A DNA stretch of 62,931 nt, filler included, from Octopus bimaculoides (taxonomy: Eukaryota), in the NCBI RefSeq assembly GCF_001194135.2. It is 4 parts of 4 records of this genome, joined end to end, with 100 filler letters (N's around TTAATTAATTAA, not from the genome) between each part and the next. Parts side by side here need not be neighbours in the genome. Positions count along the whole stretch, not along the records: positions 32,919 to 58,576 come from NC_069000.1; 3 more parts are not named here. The stretch is one strand, 5' to 3'. A program made the translations under genes and the position numbers. The number at the start of each line of letters is the position of its first letter. Positions within the stretch are counted from its first letter, which is position 1. Below the pieces are notes generated by a model. That model was not told the origin of the DNA and searched no databases. It saw only the letters and a program-made list of their open reading frames with translations. Shown piece after piece: positions 36,581-50,780 of the stretch.

Positions 36581-37674
36581 NNNNNNNNNNNNNNNNNNNN
36601 NNNNNNNNNNNNNNNNNNNNNNNNNNNNNNNNNNNNNNNNNNNNNNNNNNNNNNNNNNNNNNNNNNNNNNNNNNNNNNNNNNNNNNNNNNNNNNNNNNNN
36701 NNNNNNNNNNNNNNNNNNNNNNNNNNNNNNNNNNNNNNNNNNNNNNNNNNNNNNNNNNNNNNNNNNNNNNNNNNNNNNNNNNNNNNNNNNNNNNNNNNNN
36801 NNNNNNNNNNNNNNNNNNNNNNNNNNNNNNNNNNNNNNNNNNNNNNNNNNNNNNNNNNNNNNNNNNNNNNNNNNNNNNNNNNNNNNNNNNNNNNNNNNNN
36901 NNNNNNNNNNNNNNNNNNNNNNNNNNNNNNNNNNNNNNNNNNNNNNNNNNNNNNNNNNNNNNNNNNNNNNNNNNNNNNNNNNNNNNNNNNNNNNNNNNNN
37001 NNNNNNNNNNNNNNNNNNNNNNNNNNNNNNNNNNNNNNNNNNNNNNNNNNNNNNNNNNNNNNNNNNNNNNNNNNNNNNNNNNNNNNNNNNNNNNNNNNNN
37101 NNNNNNNNNNNNNCCCCCCTTTTTTTTTCTTCCCCCTCCCAAAAAGAAAAGCTCTACATTGTATTTGTCCCATCTTCGTTGAGCCCTGTGTGGCTAATAA
37201 AAGAAATGTATCTATCTATCTATCTATCTATCTACTAATTTAACTACCTACTTATCTATACAGTTCTACATAATCTGTGTGTCAGTGAGCCTCTATGTGT
37301 GTGTGTGTGTGTGTGTGTTAGTGTGAGTACGTAAAAATCAAACACATACACGTAACACGTACATACACTGCTTTCTCTCATTAGAAGTGTTGTGCGTTCG
37401 TGTGCTAATGGAGTCTACTTACATCGACCTGGGTGGTTCGTAGTCTGAGAAGGAAGACGATACGGGGAGTTGAAAGGGTGGAGAGAGGTTATTAATAAGA
37501 ACAAAACAGCCAAAGTAGAATTAAATGGTTTCAAAATAAACTTTGCTCAGTTGCAAAATGGAACAGTACAAGTCTTTATATGTCCGATCGTCTCTGACAC
37601 TTTTGTATGTAACTAACTGTGGATATGCTGTCGGCGAAGAAATCTATACAGAAACAATATATAACTGCACAAAT

Positions 37675-37724
<50 letters not shown>

Positions 37725-38203
37725 NNNNNNNNNNNNNNNNNNNNNNNNNNNNNNNNNNNNNNNNNNNNNNNNNNNNNNNNNNNNNNNNNNNNNNNNNNNN
37801 NNNNNNNNNNNNNNNNNNNNNNNNNNNNNNNNNNNNNNNNNNNNNNNNNNNNNNNNNNNNNNNNNNNNNNNNNNNNNNNNNNNNNNNNNNNNNNNNNNNN
37901 NNNNNNNNNNNNNNNNNNNNNNNNNNNNNNNNNNNNNNNNNNNNNNNNNNNNNNNNNNNNNNNNNNNNNNNNNNNNNNNNNNNNNNNNNNNNNNNNNNNN
38001 NNNNNNNNNNNNNNNNNNNNNNNNNNNNNNNNNNNNNNNNNNNNNNNNNNNNNNNNNNNNNNNNNNNNNNNNNNNNNNNNNNNNNNNNNNNNNNNNNNNN
38101 NNNNNNNNNNNNNNNNNNNNNNNNNNNNNNNNNNNNNNNNNNNNNNNNNNNNNNNNNNNNNNNNNNNNNNNNNNNNNNNNNNNNNNNNNNNNNNNNNNNN
38201 NNN

Positions 38204-38276
<73 letters not shown>

Positions 38277-39090
38277 CACATATAAGAAGAAAAGAAGAAG
38301 AAGAAGACGATCAAATTACCAAATATATCCTCAAACACCTGTACGTTGTGCACACACACAGACACACGCGCGCATTGATTGATTGATTTGGTTGAGGAAG
38401 AAGGCATGATACATGGCTGTAGTGACTACCAGCAAATTATTATAACGGATTTCATATACTTCGTGTCTTCGAATGGAAGCTGAAGAGAATGGTTGATTGA
38501 TTCCTCGGATTGATAAGACTTTGTGTTCTGAGCACAGGGAAAGAAAATGGACGAAGATTAAAGGACCGCATGCAGAAGAGAAAAAAACAAATTAATCATA
38601 GTGAAATGAAGTCATGTATTTTTATATAGAAGGTATATTGGCAAAGTTGTGACATTTTTATAAATACGAATCACAGTGAAGATGTGTAAGATATTCCAAA
38701 AATTCTGTCTCCGAGATTGCTTAGATGCACACACCTGGGTGTGTGCAGCATCAGATCAATCAACACACCAACCCAACCACATATTTACAAATACCGGGAA
38801 CTCATGTATGTATATATATATGTATATGTGTGTGTGTATGTGTGTGTGTGTGGGGGGGGAGTGTTGTGTGTCTGTTTGTCCCCTCCAACATCGCTTGACA
38901 ACCGAAGGTCAATAAATACTTGCCATTACATTTTGAATCAACCAAATATGAACCATTTTGTTGCACAATGCGTCTCCGTCTTTCCTTTAACTTGAAAATA
39001 CCCTCTTCCCAGAATTGAGGTGGTTTCATGGCAAATAAGTCGAAAGGTAAGCTACTATAAATCGGCACGAACTTTCCAGACAACCCAATA

Positions 39091-39352
39091 AGATATAAAG
39101 ATAAAGCTACCTTCTCGAGTTATGCCGACTCATAAGGGCCGGTTTCCCTGTTTTCATGATGTATATATTCCCCACCTGGACGGGACGGCAGTCCATCGTA
39201 GGATTACTCATTTTTGCTAGCTGAGTGGGCTGGAGTAACGTGAGATGAAGTGTTTTGCTCAAGAACACAACGCGTCACGCGATTCAGGAATCGAAACCAC
39301 AATCTTGCGATCATGAGTCCAACACCTTAATCACTAAGCCACGCGCCTCCAC
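39091..39352 (-). mobile_element. SINE C (head H1 + tail T1), Meta/V-domain-like motifs
   Basis: A and B boxes, TTGTGTTCTTGAGCAAAACACTT and GATGGACTGCCGTCCCGTCCAGG. The domain names are resemblance from memory. Confidence 0.88.
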
Positions 39353-39609
39353 AACTACTCAATTGATGCGAAAACGCCTCTCTGGGTTGGAACCCAGGTC
39401 TTCCCCTATTGTAAAGAAATTTTAAAAATAAACCCAGATGTATACATACATACATACATACATACATACACACATGCACACGCGCGCCTATGCAACCGCA
39501 TATATATAATGAGAGCTGTGCGAGTGGCACGTTTATAAATAAACACTGATGTGGCCCAGTGATGAAATGCACTTTCGGAGGTGGCTCGTGTGTCTCCAGG
39601 GTGAACATT

Positions 39610-39727
39610 GCAACAATAACAATAGCTGCAATAATAATAATAATAATGATAATAATAATAATAATGATAATAATAATAAATAATAATAATAATAATGATA
39701 ATAATGATAATAATAATAATAATAATG

Positions 39728-39765
<38 letters not shown>

Positions 39766-39806
39766 TAATAATAATAATGATAATAATAATAATAATAATA
39801 ATAATG

Positions 39807-39845
<39 letters not shown>

Positions 39846-39915
39846 TAATAATGATAATAATAATAATAATAATAATAATAATTGTAATTAAAATGATAAC
39901 GATGATGATGATAAT

Positions 39916-39946
<31 letters not shown>

Positions 39947-39950
39947 GCAA
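39610..39950. repeat. Compound (AAT/GAT/AAC)n microsatellite
   Basis: Seen directly. Confidence 0.95.
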
Positions 39951-40030
39951 CAAAATCTATGTAGATCGTTGAAATAACTTATCGTAATTTGCACGCTGTA
40001 CATCTATCCTCTGACATGTGTGCGTGTGTG

Positions 40031-40063
<33 letters not shown>

Positions 40064-41064
40064 CTGTGTATGTTTATGTGCATAGGTATATGTGTATACA
40101 TGGAGACACGCGGAAGCATATAATAATAAACGCATGCAGATATGTAGCGTATGTATACATGCGTGCATATACTCGTATATATATGACCGCATATGTATGT
40201 AAGCATATATATANNNNNNNNNNNNNNNNNNNNNNNNNNNNNNNNNNNNNNNNNNNNNNNNNNNNNNNNNNNNNNNNNNNNNNNNNNNNNNNNNNNNNNN
40301 NNNNNNNNNNNNNNNNNNNNNNNNNNNNNNNNNNNNNNNNNNNNNNNNNNNNNNNNNNNNNNNNNNNNNNNNNNNNNNNNNNNNNNNNNNNNNNNNNNNN
40401 NNNNNNNNNNNNNNNNNNNNNNNNNNNNNNNNNNNNNNNNNNNNNNNNNNNNNNNNNNNNNNNNNNNNNNNNNNNNNNNNNNNNNNNNNNNNNNNNNNNN
40501 NNNNNNNNNNNNNNNNNNNNNNNNNNNNNNNNNNNNNNNNNNNNNNNNNNNNNNNNNNNNNNNNNNNNNNNNNNNNNNNNNNNNNNNNNNNNNNNNNNNN
40601 NNNNNNNNNNNNNNNNNNNNNNNNNNNNNNNNNNNNNNNNNNNNNNNNNNNNNNNNNNNNNNNNNNNNNNNNNNNNNNNNNNNNNNNNNNNNNNNNNNNN
40701 NNNNNNNNNNNNNNNNNNNNNNNNNNNNNNNNNNNNNNNNNNNNNNNNNNNNNNNNNNNNNNNNNNNNNNNNNNNNNNNNNNNNNNNNNNNNNNNNNNNN
40801 NNNNNNNNNNNNNNNNNNNNNNNNNNNNNNNNNCTCCAATGCTCTGTTGTGTACACTTCAGCATAAATTACACAATTTAGAAGTTTAATAAACATGGAAA
40901 TTATGAATGTTAGATAGAAACGAGCAAACAAAGACACGGGTAGATAAATTCTACTGAATATATATAAGCAAAGATATATAGATAGTAGATAAACACGCAT
41001 ACAACGAGACGACGCCCGACCCGCTAGAAATAGCACCTCAATATCCTACAAATCTCACCAAAAT

Positions 41065-41264
41065 GGTTTTCAGTTTCGGCACAAGGATAGCTACATTTTA
41101 AAGGAGGTGTAAGTCGCTATCCTTTACCCCAATATACAACTGGTACATATTTTAACGCCCCCACAAGAAGGCAAAGCAAAGTTAACTTTCAGCGGAATTT
41201 GAACTCAGAACATCGGAAGAAATACCACTTGGCATTTTGTTCCACGTGCAAATCATTCTGCCAC
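41065..41264 (-). mobile_element. SINE A, diverged
   Basis: GGAATTTGAACTCAGAAC and GGCACAAGG tail. Confidence 0.75.
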
Positions 41265-41739
41265 GTGAGGAATGACCTTAGAAGTGAGGAAAGACCTTGG
41301 TCAGAGCCACAGTTATTCTCTCAACGACGTATGTATTTGCCCAAAAGGACAACTGTCCATCATTGGATGCAAACAAGGCGCTAGTGTCACATCAGAGTTT
41401 TCCTTCTCCGAGAGGGACGCTTAAACAAATACTAGGATCACTCACTCCCAGTTATTGGCTGGCTATTGATTCTACGACCGGAACCATGTGGTTAGGAAGC
41501 AAGCTTTTTACCAAAAAGTCACACCTGGATAGGATATACTGTGTCAGAATGTCAGAAATCAGATCAACTGAAACCCTCGTCGAAATTAAGCGGAGTGCCA
41601 GTTATATCAAAATCTAGCTACACAAGAATATTTAAACGTCACGTTGTGGCTTAGCTTAAAAATCAAGCCTGATCAAAGAGACAGACCAAGATCAAAAAGT
41701 ATTCTATTCTCGATTAACCTGATTGTGTGTGTGTGTTTG

Positions 41740-41950
41740 TGTGTGTGTGTTTGCACCCCACCAAAGCTTGACAACCATTATTGATTTGTTTACGTTCCTT
41801 TAAGGTAGCGCTTGGGTAAAAGGCACCGATATAATATATACAAGGCTTAAAAAAAATCAAGAATAAGTTCTGGGGTCGGTTCGTTTAACTAAAACCGTTC
41901 AAGGAGGTGCCCCAGCATGACCGCAGTCTAATGATTGCAACAAGCAAAAA
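41740..41950 (+). mobile_element. SINE B 3' half
   Basis: GCTTGACAACC...GGGGTCGGTTCG...GGTGCCCCAGCATGACCGCAGTC. Confidence 0.8.
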
Positions 41951-42954
41951 ATGTATAGACATTGACAAAATATAAATGTATATATACTTACAGTGATGTC
42001 GTTTTCTTGTTTTCATAGTTAAGACCTTAGGTACACAATCTGCTTTGATGCATAATATTATTTATATATCACAACTGACATCTGCCCTTTAGGGGTCAGT
42101 CTGTGACGGAACCCCGCAGATGTAAAAACCATGTTTAAATTTGTTGGAAAACCTTACTCTATCGTTTATGTTTCCAGGTTTATGTATGTGTGAGTTGAGT
42201 GTTTGTGTGTGTGTATGAGTGTGTGCGTGCGCGCGTGTGTGTGCGTGTGTGTGTAGTGTGTGTGTGTGTGTGTAGTGTATGCTTGTGTGTGTGTGTGTGT
42301 GTGTAGTGCGTGCGTGAATGTGTGCATGCGTGTATGTGTGTGCGTATGTGTGTGTAGTGTATGCTTGTGCATGCGCGTGTGTGTATGTGTATATAGTATG
42401 CTTGTGTGTGTGTGTGTGTGTGCTTGTGTATGTGTGTGTGTGTGTGTGTGTGTGCGTGCGTGTGTATGCCTGTATGTCAGTGTAGTGTGTGTGTGTGTGT
42501 GTTTGTGTGTTCGTGTATTTCTAGCCATACACAATAGAACCTCGACACAAATTTATTCAGATGAGAAATTCGCCAACTAACTGAGATTATCCAAGAAGTT
42601 AGGCCCTAAACCTTCTTCTAGCTTTATTAAAACTCTAAAAGAGGGTAAAACTCTAATAATGATCTGCTAATCAAAATATAGGTAAAAGCTATAAATGTGG
42701 TCCGATCGATGTGTTTGTTGATCCGAGGTTTTCTCCATTTTCTGATCATTTACATTTGTTTCCCGATAAACTCTTGTTCATCCTGTTGCTACCTGCACTC
42801 TACGTGCATAGTGTGCCTGCACACTAATACCCAGAGATAACACGGGTGACGGATATCGATAGTATATACTGATATTTTATCCCTTAGTCGGTTATTATAA
42901 CCGCTAACTCTGTTTACACTACACTACATACACACATGCATATATATACATACA

Positions 42955-43014
<60 letters not shown>

Positions 43015-43631
43015 AGAATAAGGGCAGGGAATCGTCAATTAATAATAGAATTAATAATTAACAATTTTGCCAAGTAGTTCAGTATGAAAAAACCTTTATC
43101 GGTAAAACCATTTATCATCATAAATATACAGGGATTTGCATTGAGTTGCTTCTCCAACATACTGAAAATTNNNNNNNNNNNNNNNNNNNNNNNNNNNNNN
43201 NNNNNNNNNNNNNNNNNNNNNNNNNNNNNNNNNNNNNNNNNNNNNNNNNNNNNNNNNNNNNNNNNNNNNNNNNNNNNNNNNNNNNNNNNNNNNNNNNNNN
43301 NNNNNNNNNNNNNNNNNNNNNNNNNNNNNNNNNNNNNNNNNNNNNNNNNNNNNNNNNNNNNNNNNNNNNNNNNNNNNNNNNNNNNNNNNNNNNNNNNNNN
43401 NNNNNNNNNNNNNNNNNNNNNNNNNNNNNNNNNNNNNNNNNNNNNNNNNNNNNNNNNNNNNNNNNNNNNNNNNNNNNNNNNNNNNNNNNNNNNNNNNNNN
43501 NNNNNNNNNNNNNNNNNNNNNNNNNNNNNNNNNNNNNNNNNNNNNNNNNNNNNNNNNNNNNNNNNNNNNNNNNNNNNNNNNNNNNNNNNNNNNNNNNNNN
43601 NNNNNNNNNNNNNNNNNNNNNNNNNNNNNNN

Positions 43632-43663
<32 letters not shown>

Positions 43664-44075
43664 ACTTCAGATATGTATTGAGTACTTGTTCTCTCCTTTA
43701 TATATATATATATATATATCAGTGTATTGATTGATATTGATATCTCGATACAGATAGAGTCTAAAGTAAAAGTCGGAGCCCAATGCTTTTATCATCATGC
43801 AGGCCTCCAATAGTTCCAGATATTATCTTGTAAGTCTAGCTCCTTTACATTTAAATAAGCGCTGTCCCCATTTATTTGAAACTTTAGTAACGATTATAGT
43901 TTACAGTGTCCTATGTCAAGTTGACCCAGGTTGGTGGCACTTCAAACTCAGCCGGATATATTACAGTGTAAAATGACTTTACATGTTACTTATGGAATGA
44001 CTAAACTGAAATTATTCCGTAATCTGTACGTTGTTTACTTCATAAGTAAACAATGCAATCACGGGATATTTCAGC

Positions 44076-44145
<70 letters not shown>

Positions 44146-44689
44146 ATGTAGAGAGTAGCGTGCAACGACATGCTTCGACGTTTAGAAGTAATAAATTTGC
44201 AATGGAGAGCAAGACAAGAGAACGTCGAAAAAACAAACAAATATGTGATTGTAACATATAACCAGATTGTAAGAAAAATCATCCTGTTTATACAGGGAAT
44301 AATGTATCGTTAGAGTACAAACAAATTAATACAGGGTGTGCTTCTATCTATATTTGGGTTTGCATTAGTCACAAAATTCTTTATTTTACAGGAAAATTAA
44401 AGACTCGATTCACTTAGAAATGTATGGAAAATTAAAAAAAAATATATATAATATATCGACTCTGATAGGAACTTAGAAATATGCTAATATCGAAGGAAGA
44501 ATCTCTTATGAGATTTTTCATAAAAATGGAAAATAGCGAACAATAGTTGTTGAAATATCCAACACCGCTTTGCAAACCCTAATAAATACTTTATCGTTCT
44601 CACACATTCGGTAATGATATTAGACAGACAGACAGACAGACAGACAGATATACAGACACACAGACAGACAGACTGACAGACAGACAGAC

Positions 44690-44720
<31 letters not shown>

Positions 44721-44880
44721 CTTGGGGAATTCTTGACTCTTCAGATAATCTTCTCTCTTCAAAAAGACGCTGTTTTTTAATTGCCATCTGGAAATTTTGA
44801 TGCAGTAATTAGAGAAGGCGATAGTCTTAATAAATCAAAAACTTATGTTGTATGGTATTTGAAATACCTGTATTTGTCTG

Positions 44881-45548
44881 TATTTCTCTGATGATTCCAG
44901 TGGTTGAGTGTAGGTCTGGAGACTCTGTGATCAAGAAATTGACGTGAAAAGATTGCAGTCTACAATGAAACATGGCAGCTATTCTGTGATGGTCTGGTGG
45001 TGGGGGTGGGGGTGGAATTTGGAGAAATGGTCTGTCACAGCTGATGGTGTGTGACGGAAACATAAACTCAGATAAATATATGTCCATGTTGCAGGAAGGA
45101 CTCCTTTCAATCTTCTCCGGTGGTGAAATATTTAATGAAGACTATTTATGGAAGATGGGGCTCCTTGTCACACGGCTAAAATGATCCCAGATTTGTTGGA
45201 TGACAATGGCATTAAAAAGCTTCCATGGCCAAGCCAATCACCAGATATGAGCCCTATTGAACTCCTCTGGGGGATAATGAACAGGAGATTACATAAAACA
45301 ACACGAAAGCCAGATCTTTTCAAATTACTGCACGAAACTTGGCAAGAAATTCCTTAAAAGAATATTCATCTTCTGATCATTAACAAACCTAATAGGGTCC
45401 TTGCATTGAAAAATGCAAGGGGCATGTCTACTAAATATTAAATATTCACATTATAACAATTAATAAATAATTAGAAAGTATAATTTCAGATTTAAATAAA
45501 TGTTTAACGATTATAAGGATGTCTATTTACTTCTGTCATGTCTATGTG
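44881..45548 (+). mobile_element. Tc1-family DD34E transposase relic with probable right end
   Basis: FSDDS...KHGSYSVMVW...EDGAPCH-...-WPSQSPDMSPIE with 34 residues between D and E, ending ...ARGMSTKY* (45441). Frameshifted; the end is followed by TA near 45549. Confidence 0.92.
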
Positions 45549-46103
45549 TATATATTCAAATATGAAAAAGAAGCAGCCCGAGAGATATAAACAATATCGA
45601 ACGCACATAGACAAGGTGTGCGTTTTGTCAATTCATGGGTAGGCTGCGATTATAGGCGTATTCTCGTGAATTCGCTTGGCTTGCATCTGGCCTCGATTCG
45701 GGTACGCGATATTGATAAATCACAAAGATGACGAAACATTAATGTCCGTTGCTCATGTAATGGGACGTAATGAGAGTTATCTCGCTTGTCTATGACGTCC
45801 AGATGTTTTAACACCAGGCGAATTTATGAGAATGTCATCTGTTACGCCTACAATCACAGCCTGATCACGTACTTACAAAGCACATACGTTGCGCATGTGC
45901 GTTCTAAATTGTTATATACATATATATATATATATATATATANNNNNNNNNNNNNNNNNNNNNNNNNNNNNNNNNNNNNNNNNNNNNNNNNNNNNNNNNN
46001 NNNNNNNNNNNNNNNNNNNNNNNNNNNNNNNNNNNNNNNNNNNNNNNNNNNNNNNNNNNNNNNNNNNNNNNNNNNNNNNNNNNNNNNNNNNNNNNNNNNN
46101 NNN

Positions 46104-46139
<36 letters not shown>

Positions 46140-46639
46140 TATATATATGTGTATGTGTGTGTATGTATGTATGTATGTATGTATGTATGCATGCATGCAT
46201 ATATGTATATACATATATGTATGTATATATTGCGCTTGTGTGCGGGAAAATGATTTTCTTTCAGACATATAACAGAGCATTCACCACCAGCTGTCCACGT
46301 CTGGTGATTGTCTTCCGGGCATGAGACATTGAGTAACAAGATGTAAAACGGTGTGAACAGATATGCACTGTTTAGTTCATCCTAGATGTTTATCGCAGTT
46401 TATTCGTAAAGTTGCTTTATAAGTCCAAGTACTTGCAAACACCAAACTGGGACTCATATGCATACGTGTATATACATGCGTACATGTACATATAAGTAGA
46501 TAAATTAAATACATAGATAGATGCATATACATACATATAGATAGATCACTTATATGTCCATATATATATATATATCGCATATATGTCCACAAGTATATAT
46601 CAATATATTTGCGTGTGTGTGAATGTGTGTATGTATATT

Positions 46640-46746
46640 CATTTACTTGTTTCAGTCACTGACTGCGGCCATGCTGGAGGAGCACCACCTTCAGTTGAAC
46701 AAATCGACCCCAGCGCAGACACAGACACAGACTGACACACACACAC

Positions 46747-46792
<46 letters not shown>

Positions 46793-47030
46793 NNNNNNNN
46801 NNNNNNNNNNNNNNNNNNNNNNNNNNNNNNNNNNNNNNNNNNNNNNNNNNNNNNNNNNNNNNNNNNNNNTATGGACTCTTTTAGTTTCCGTCTACCAAAT
46901 CAACTCACAAGGCTTTGGTCGGCCTGAAGCTACAGTAGAAGACACTTGCCCAAGGTGCCACGCAGTGGAACTGAACACCCGGAACCATGTGGTTGGGAAG
47001 CAAGCTTCTCACCACACAGCCATGCCGCGC

Positions 47031-47031
<1 letters not shown>
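46640..47031 (-). mobile_element. SINE B spanning a (CA)n/N gap
   Basis: Tail at 46640-46712 and head at 46872-47031. Confidence 0.85.
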
Positions 47032-47084
<53 letters not shown>

Positions 47085-47615
47085 GTATATGCAATAAATG
47101 TATATACATGTATATACAGCGTAACATTTGCTTTCTTCAGAGATATTTTTAATAGTACCCCTCGTTTCACAGCTTTGCCTAATTTCCTACTAAATTTCTT
47201 ACGACCCATTTTCATATGAGTGCCGAGTGTTCGAGAGCATGAAATATGATTGTAACAATAAATTTATCTCTCATAGCTACGGTCGAACGACCACATAATA
47301 TGCCTTGGATAAATAGTTAGGCAAAGATTCCGCTGTGCCAAAACTCACTAAAGCACTTTCCCTGTGTTTGTATTGTGGTTGTAACACAAGGTTATAACAG
47401 CCGGCTAATGGAAAGAATTTCGTAGATATACATACACAAAAATAAAGAAGAAGAATTGCAACAGTACATAGTTTGTGGAGATAAATGTGTTGGCGGTTAA
47501 TGTTCGTTGAGATCTGTGTTAAAAGGAAAAACATAGGAATTTTTTTTTCTATTCTAGGCAGTCTTCGCTCAGTCTTTGTTTCGTTTGGACAAAAGAACAG
47601 TGCTCGGAGGTTAAT

Positions 47616-48233
47616 TTTAGTGTGATTGGTTCCGATGGTGGGATGTACGTCCGACGAAGAACTGGCGAAAAGTCATCTCGTTTATGTGTGAACAAGACAG
47701 TGAAATATGGAAGAGGCAGTGTAATGGTAGGGTGATGATCTCTGCTGCTGGTCCTGGTCCACTTATTTGCTTATAACGGACTGCCAGTGCTGAAATCTAC
47801 AAGCAGATTCTTAGACAGCATGCCCTTCCGCATCTCCGATCCTCGTCAGTTCAATCTCCCATCTTCGTGCAGGACAGCGTTCCCTGTCACACTGCGAAGA
47901 GAGTCACAGATTTTTTGAGTGATGAGGGGGTTGATCTCATGGACTGGACAGCTCAAAGTCCCGATCTCAACCCTATAGAAAACGTTTGGAAGATTATTGG
48001 AGATGGGGCGCGAAAGAGAAGGCCAAAGAACTAAGATGAACTCTGTGAATTATTGAAAAACGAATGGAACACTATTACTCCATCATTTCGCAAGAAATTA
48101 ATTCAGTCCTTTGGTAACAGATGTTAGGTCATTAATAGTAAAGGGATGTTCACAAAATATTAATAGATAGGGTTTCTATTTTGTTCATGTTCCATTTTTC
48201 ATAAGTGACCATTAGCTTTTGGGCGTTGCAGTT
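47616..48233 (+). mobile_element. Second, distinct Tc1 DD34E transposase relic
   Basis: KTVKYGRGSVMV...QDSVPCHTAK...WTAQSPDLNPIENVW...KGMFTKY* (48163); D-to-E spacing 34; contains stops. Confidence 0.92.
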
Positions 48234-48396
48234 TGGAAGATTACTTTGTTTATTTCCTCATAACTTACGAAATATTTATTACGAAAGATAGATATTAGAT
48301 ATATGTAAATATGTGAAAATATCAAATCTCAACGTTTTGTTAATCCTCTATAATAAATATTTCAATACACTTGTTTTTACTGATGCTTATATTATT

Positions 48397-48607
48397 TTCT
48401 ATTCCAGGCACAAGGCCCGACATTTTTTAGGGGAGGGGACCAATCAATTAGATCGACTCCAGTACACAACTGGTACTTAATTTATCGACCTCGAAAGGAT
48501 GAAAGGCAAAGTCGACCTCGGCGGAATTTGAACTCAGAACGTAAAGACAGACGAAATACCGCTAAGCATGTCGCCTGGCGTGCTAACGATTCTGCCAGCT
48601 CTGGCCG
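48397..48607 (-). mobile_element. SINE A, full length, little diverged
   Basis: Head, core and tail all present. Confidence 0.92.
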
Positions 48608-48791
48608 TACTGTACATACACACATATGTATACACACACACACACATACACACACACACACAAACGTGTGTATGTGTCTGTGCGCGCGCGTGCGCGTGTG
48701 TTAGTGTGTGTGTGTGTTGACTAAAAGCGTAGGGATGTATACAATACGCCCATTATGTAGATTGATTCATATTTATGTATCAAAATGTATT

Positions 48792-48857
<66 letters not shown>

Positions 48858-48893
48858 TATGTGCAACATATATATATATATATATAAATATGC

Positions 48894-48972
<79 letters not shown>

Positions 48973-49510
48973 CAAGTGAGTATGTTTGTGTGTTTGTGCG
49001 CGAGTATGATGACTAACTTGACACCCATCTCTATGACTGTACAAGTGTTGAATTGAAAACGGATAACACGGTAGATTTCTTCCACGTGTTAATCTTACAG
49101 TTTATGAGAGTAGAATCAAAACTACTTTCTGTTTTAGGCATAAAAATAGCAGACGGGTATTTCCAACATTGTAAATCCGGATATTTCGATTATTAAACCA
49201 ATGCTGGACACTTTAGGACTGTCAAATAAAAAAAAGAGAATGCTTTGCGGTATTTTTTGCGTTATTGTATATTCTGTATTCAAATCCCGACTGCGTCAAC
49301 TAAAATAAAGTAACAGTGAAGCAGTGGGGTGAAAATAACTCCCTTTCCTAAAAATTACTAGCCTCGTACCTAAATCGGAAACCAAATTTTCATACAGTGA
49401 TTCACTGAAAATTATGACAAATTTATGTACATCTCTGCCAAATGTAAAAGACGTCACAAGATACGTTGCTTGATTTTTAAGGTCTTTATTCATATCTCCA
49501 TCATGTGCAG

Positions 49511-49941
49511 AGCGTCGAGCTGGCAGAATCGTTAGCATGCCAGGCAAAAGGCTCAGCAACATTTCGTCTGTCTTTACGATCCGAGTACAAACCGCGCCGA
49601 AATCGACTTTGTCCTTTTCCCTTCCAGAGTTGATAAAAGTACCAGTTGAACACTGGGGTGTAGTGAACACTGGGGTATAGTGAGAATTTACAAAAAAAAA
49701 AAAACAACAAAAGACGAAGACGGGTGTGTAAACAACAAACAGATACATTAGTTTAATGCTCGGGAAGTGAGAAAGTTTTTTACGTTTCGAGCCTACGCTC
49801 TTCGACAGAAAGGGACAAAGAAATAAAAAAGGGAGAGAAAATAGAAAAAGGTTTAGTGGCTAGCGATCTATCAGCGGGTAAATGTAATCGACTTAACCCC
49901 TCCCCCTCTAAATTGCAAGCCGTGTGCCAAAATTTGAAACC
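49511..49941 (+). mobile_element. SINE A interrupted by a family P element (49676-49873, HHR on minus strand)
   Basis: A head and core 49511-49675; A tail resumes ATGTAATCGACTT at ~49882. The insert is homologous to 8610-8848 in reverse. Confidence 0.88.
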
Positions 49942-50728
49942 AGTATCTCTCTCTTATGAGTCGTATACTATGGCTGACCTTACGCAGGGTACTCTCTTAA
50001 CACCTACTGAAAGAGGTGCCCTTTGTGGGTACATTTGTGCAAAAGAAATGAAGGTCTCTGGTAGGAATGAGGGGCTAAATATCATGCTGCTTTACGAGAA
50101 CAATCAAGCGACGGCATTGCGGGAAATCGAATCGCTGCAATCACATTTTGTTTGATTGATTGCTCGTATGTATGTATGTATGTATGTATGTATGTATGTA
50201 TGTATGTATGTATGTATGTATGCATATATCAAAGTATGTATGTGTATATATGAGTATGTGTGTGAATGTGTGCATGTATATGTGTCTTTGCGTTTGTGTG
50301 TGTGCTCGTTCTGTCTATGTACATGTGTGTAGTGGTGTGTGTGTTTCAGTACGACTACATGTGTGTGCGATTTTGTGTGTGTGTGTGTGTGTGTGTGTTT
50401 GCGTGCGTACGTGTATGATTATTGTGTGTTCATGTGTGTACATGTCTGTATATGTGTGCAATTTGTGCGTTTTGTGCTTATTTGCACGCAAGTGAGTGTG
50501 TATCTATGCCTGTATCTATGTGTGTATGTGTGCGGATGTGCGCGTGTGTGTATGTGTGTGTGCGTGTGTGTGTGTGTGCGTGCGTGCGCGTATCAATAAC
50601 TGTGTAAACAGGAAAAAGGAGTACTGTTCATTAATATATGAGGAACATTAAAGATAAATATATCAAATTAAACGTATACATATCTTTTGCTTCAGTATAC
50701 TTTTATACACACAGTAATTCCCTTGTAT

Positions 50729-50780
<52 letters not shown>

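Noticed and set aside
42180-42510. Alternating purine-pyrimidine tract with Z-DNA potential
   Set aside because: Such degenerate (TG)n tracts are ubiquitous in this window and not locus-specific.
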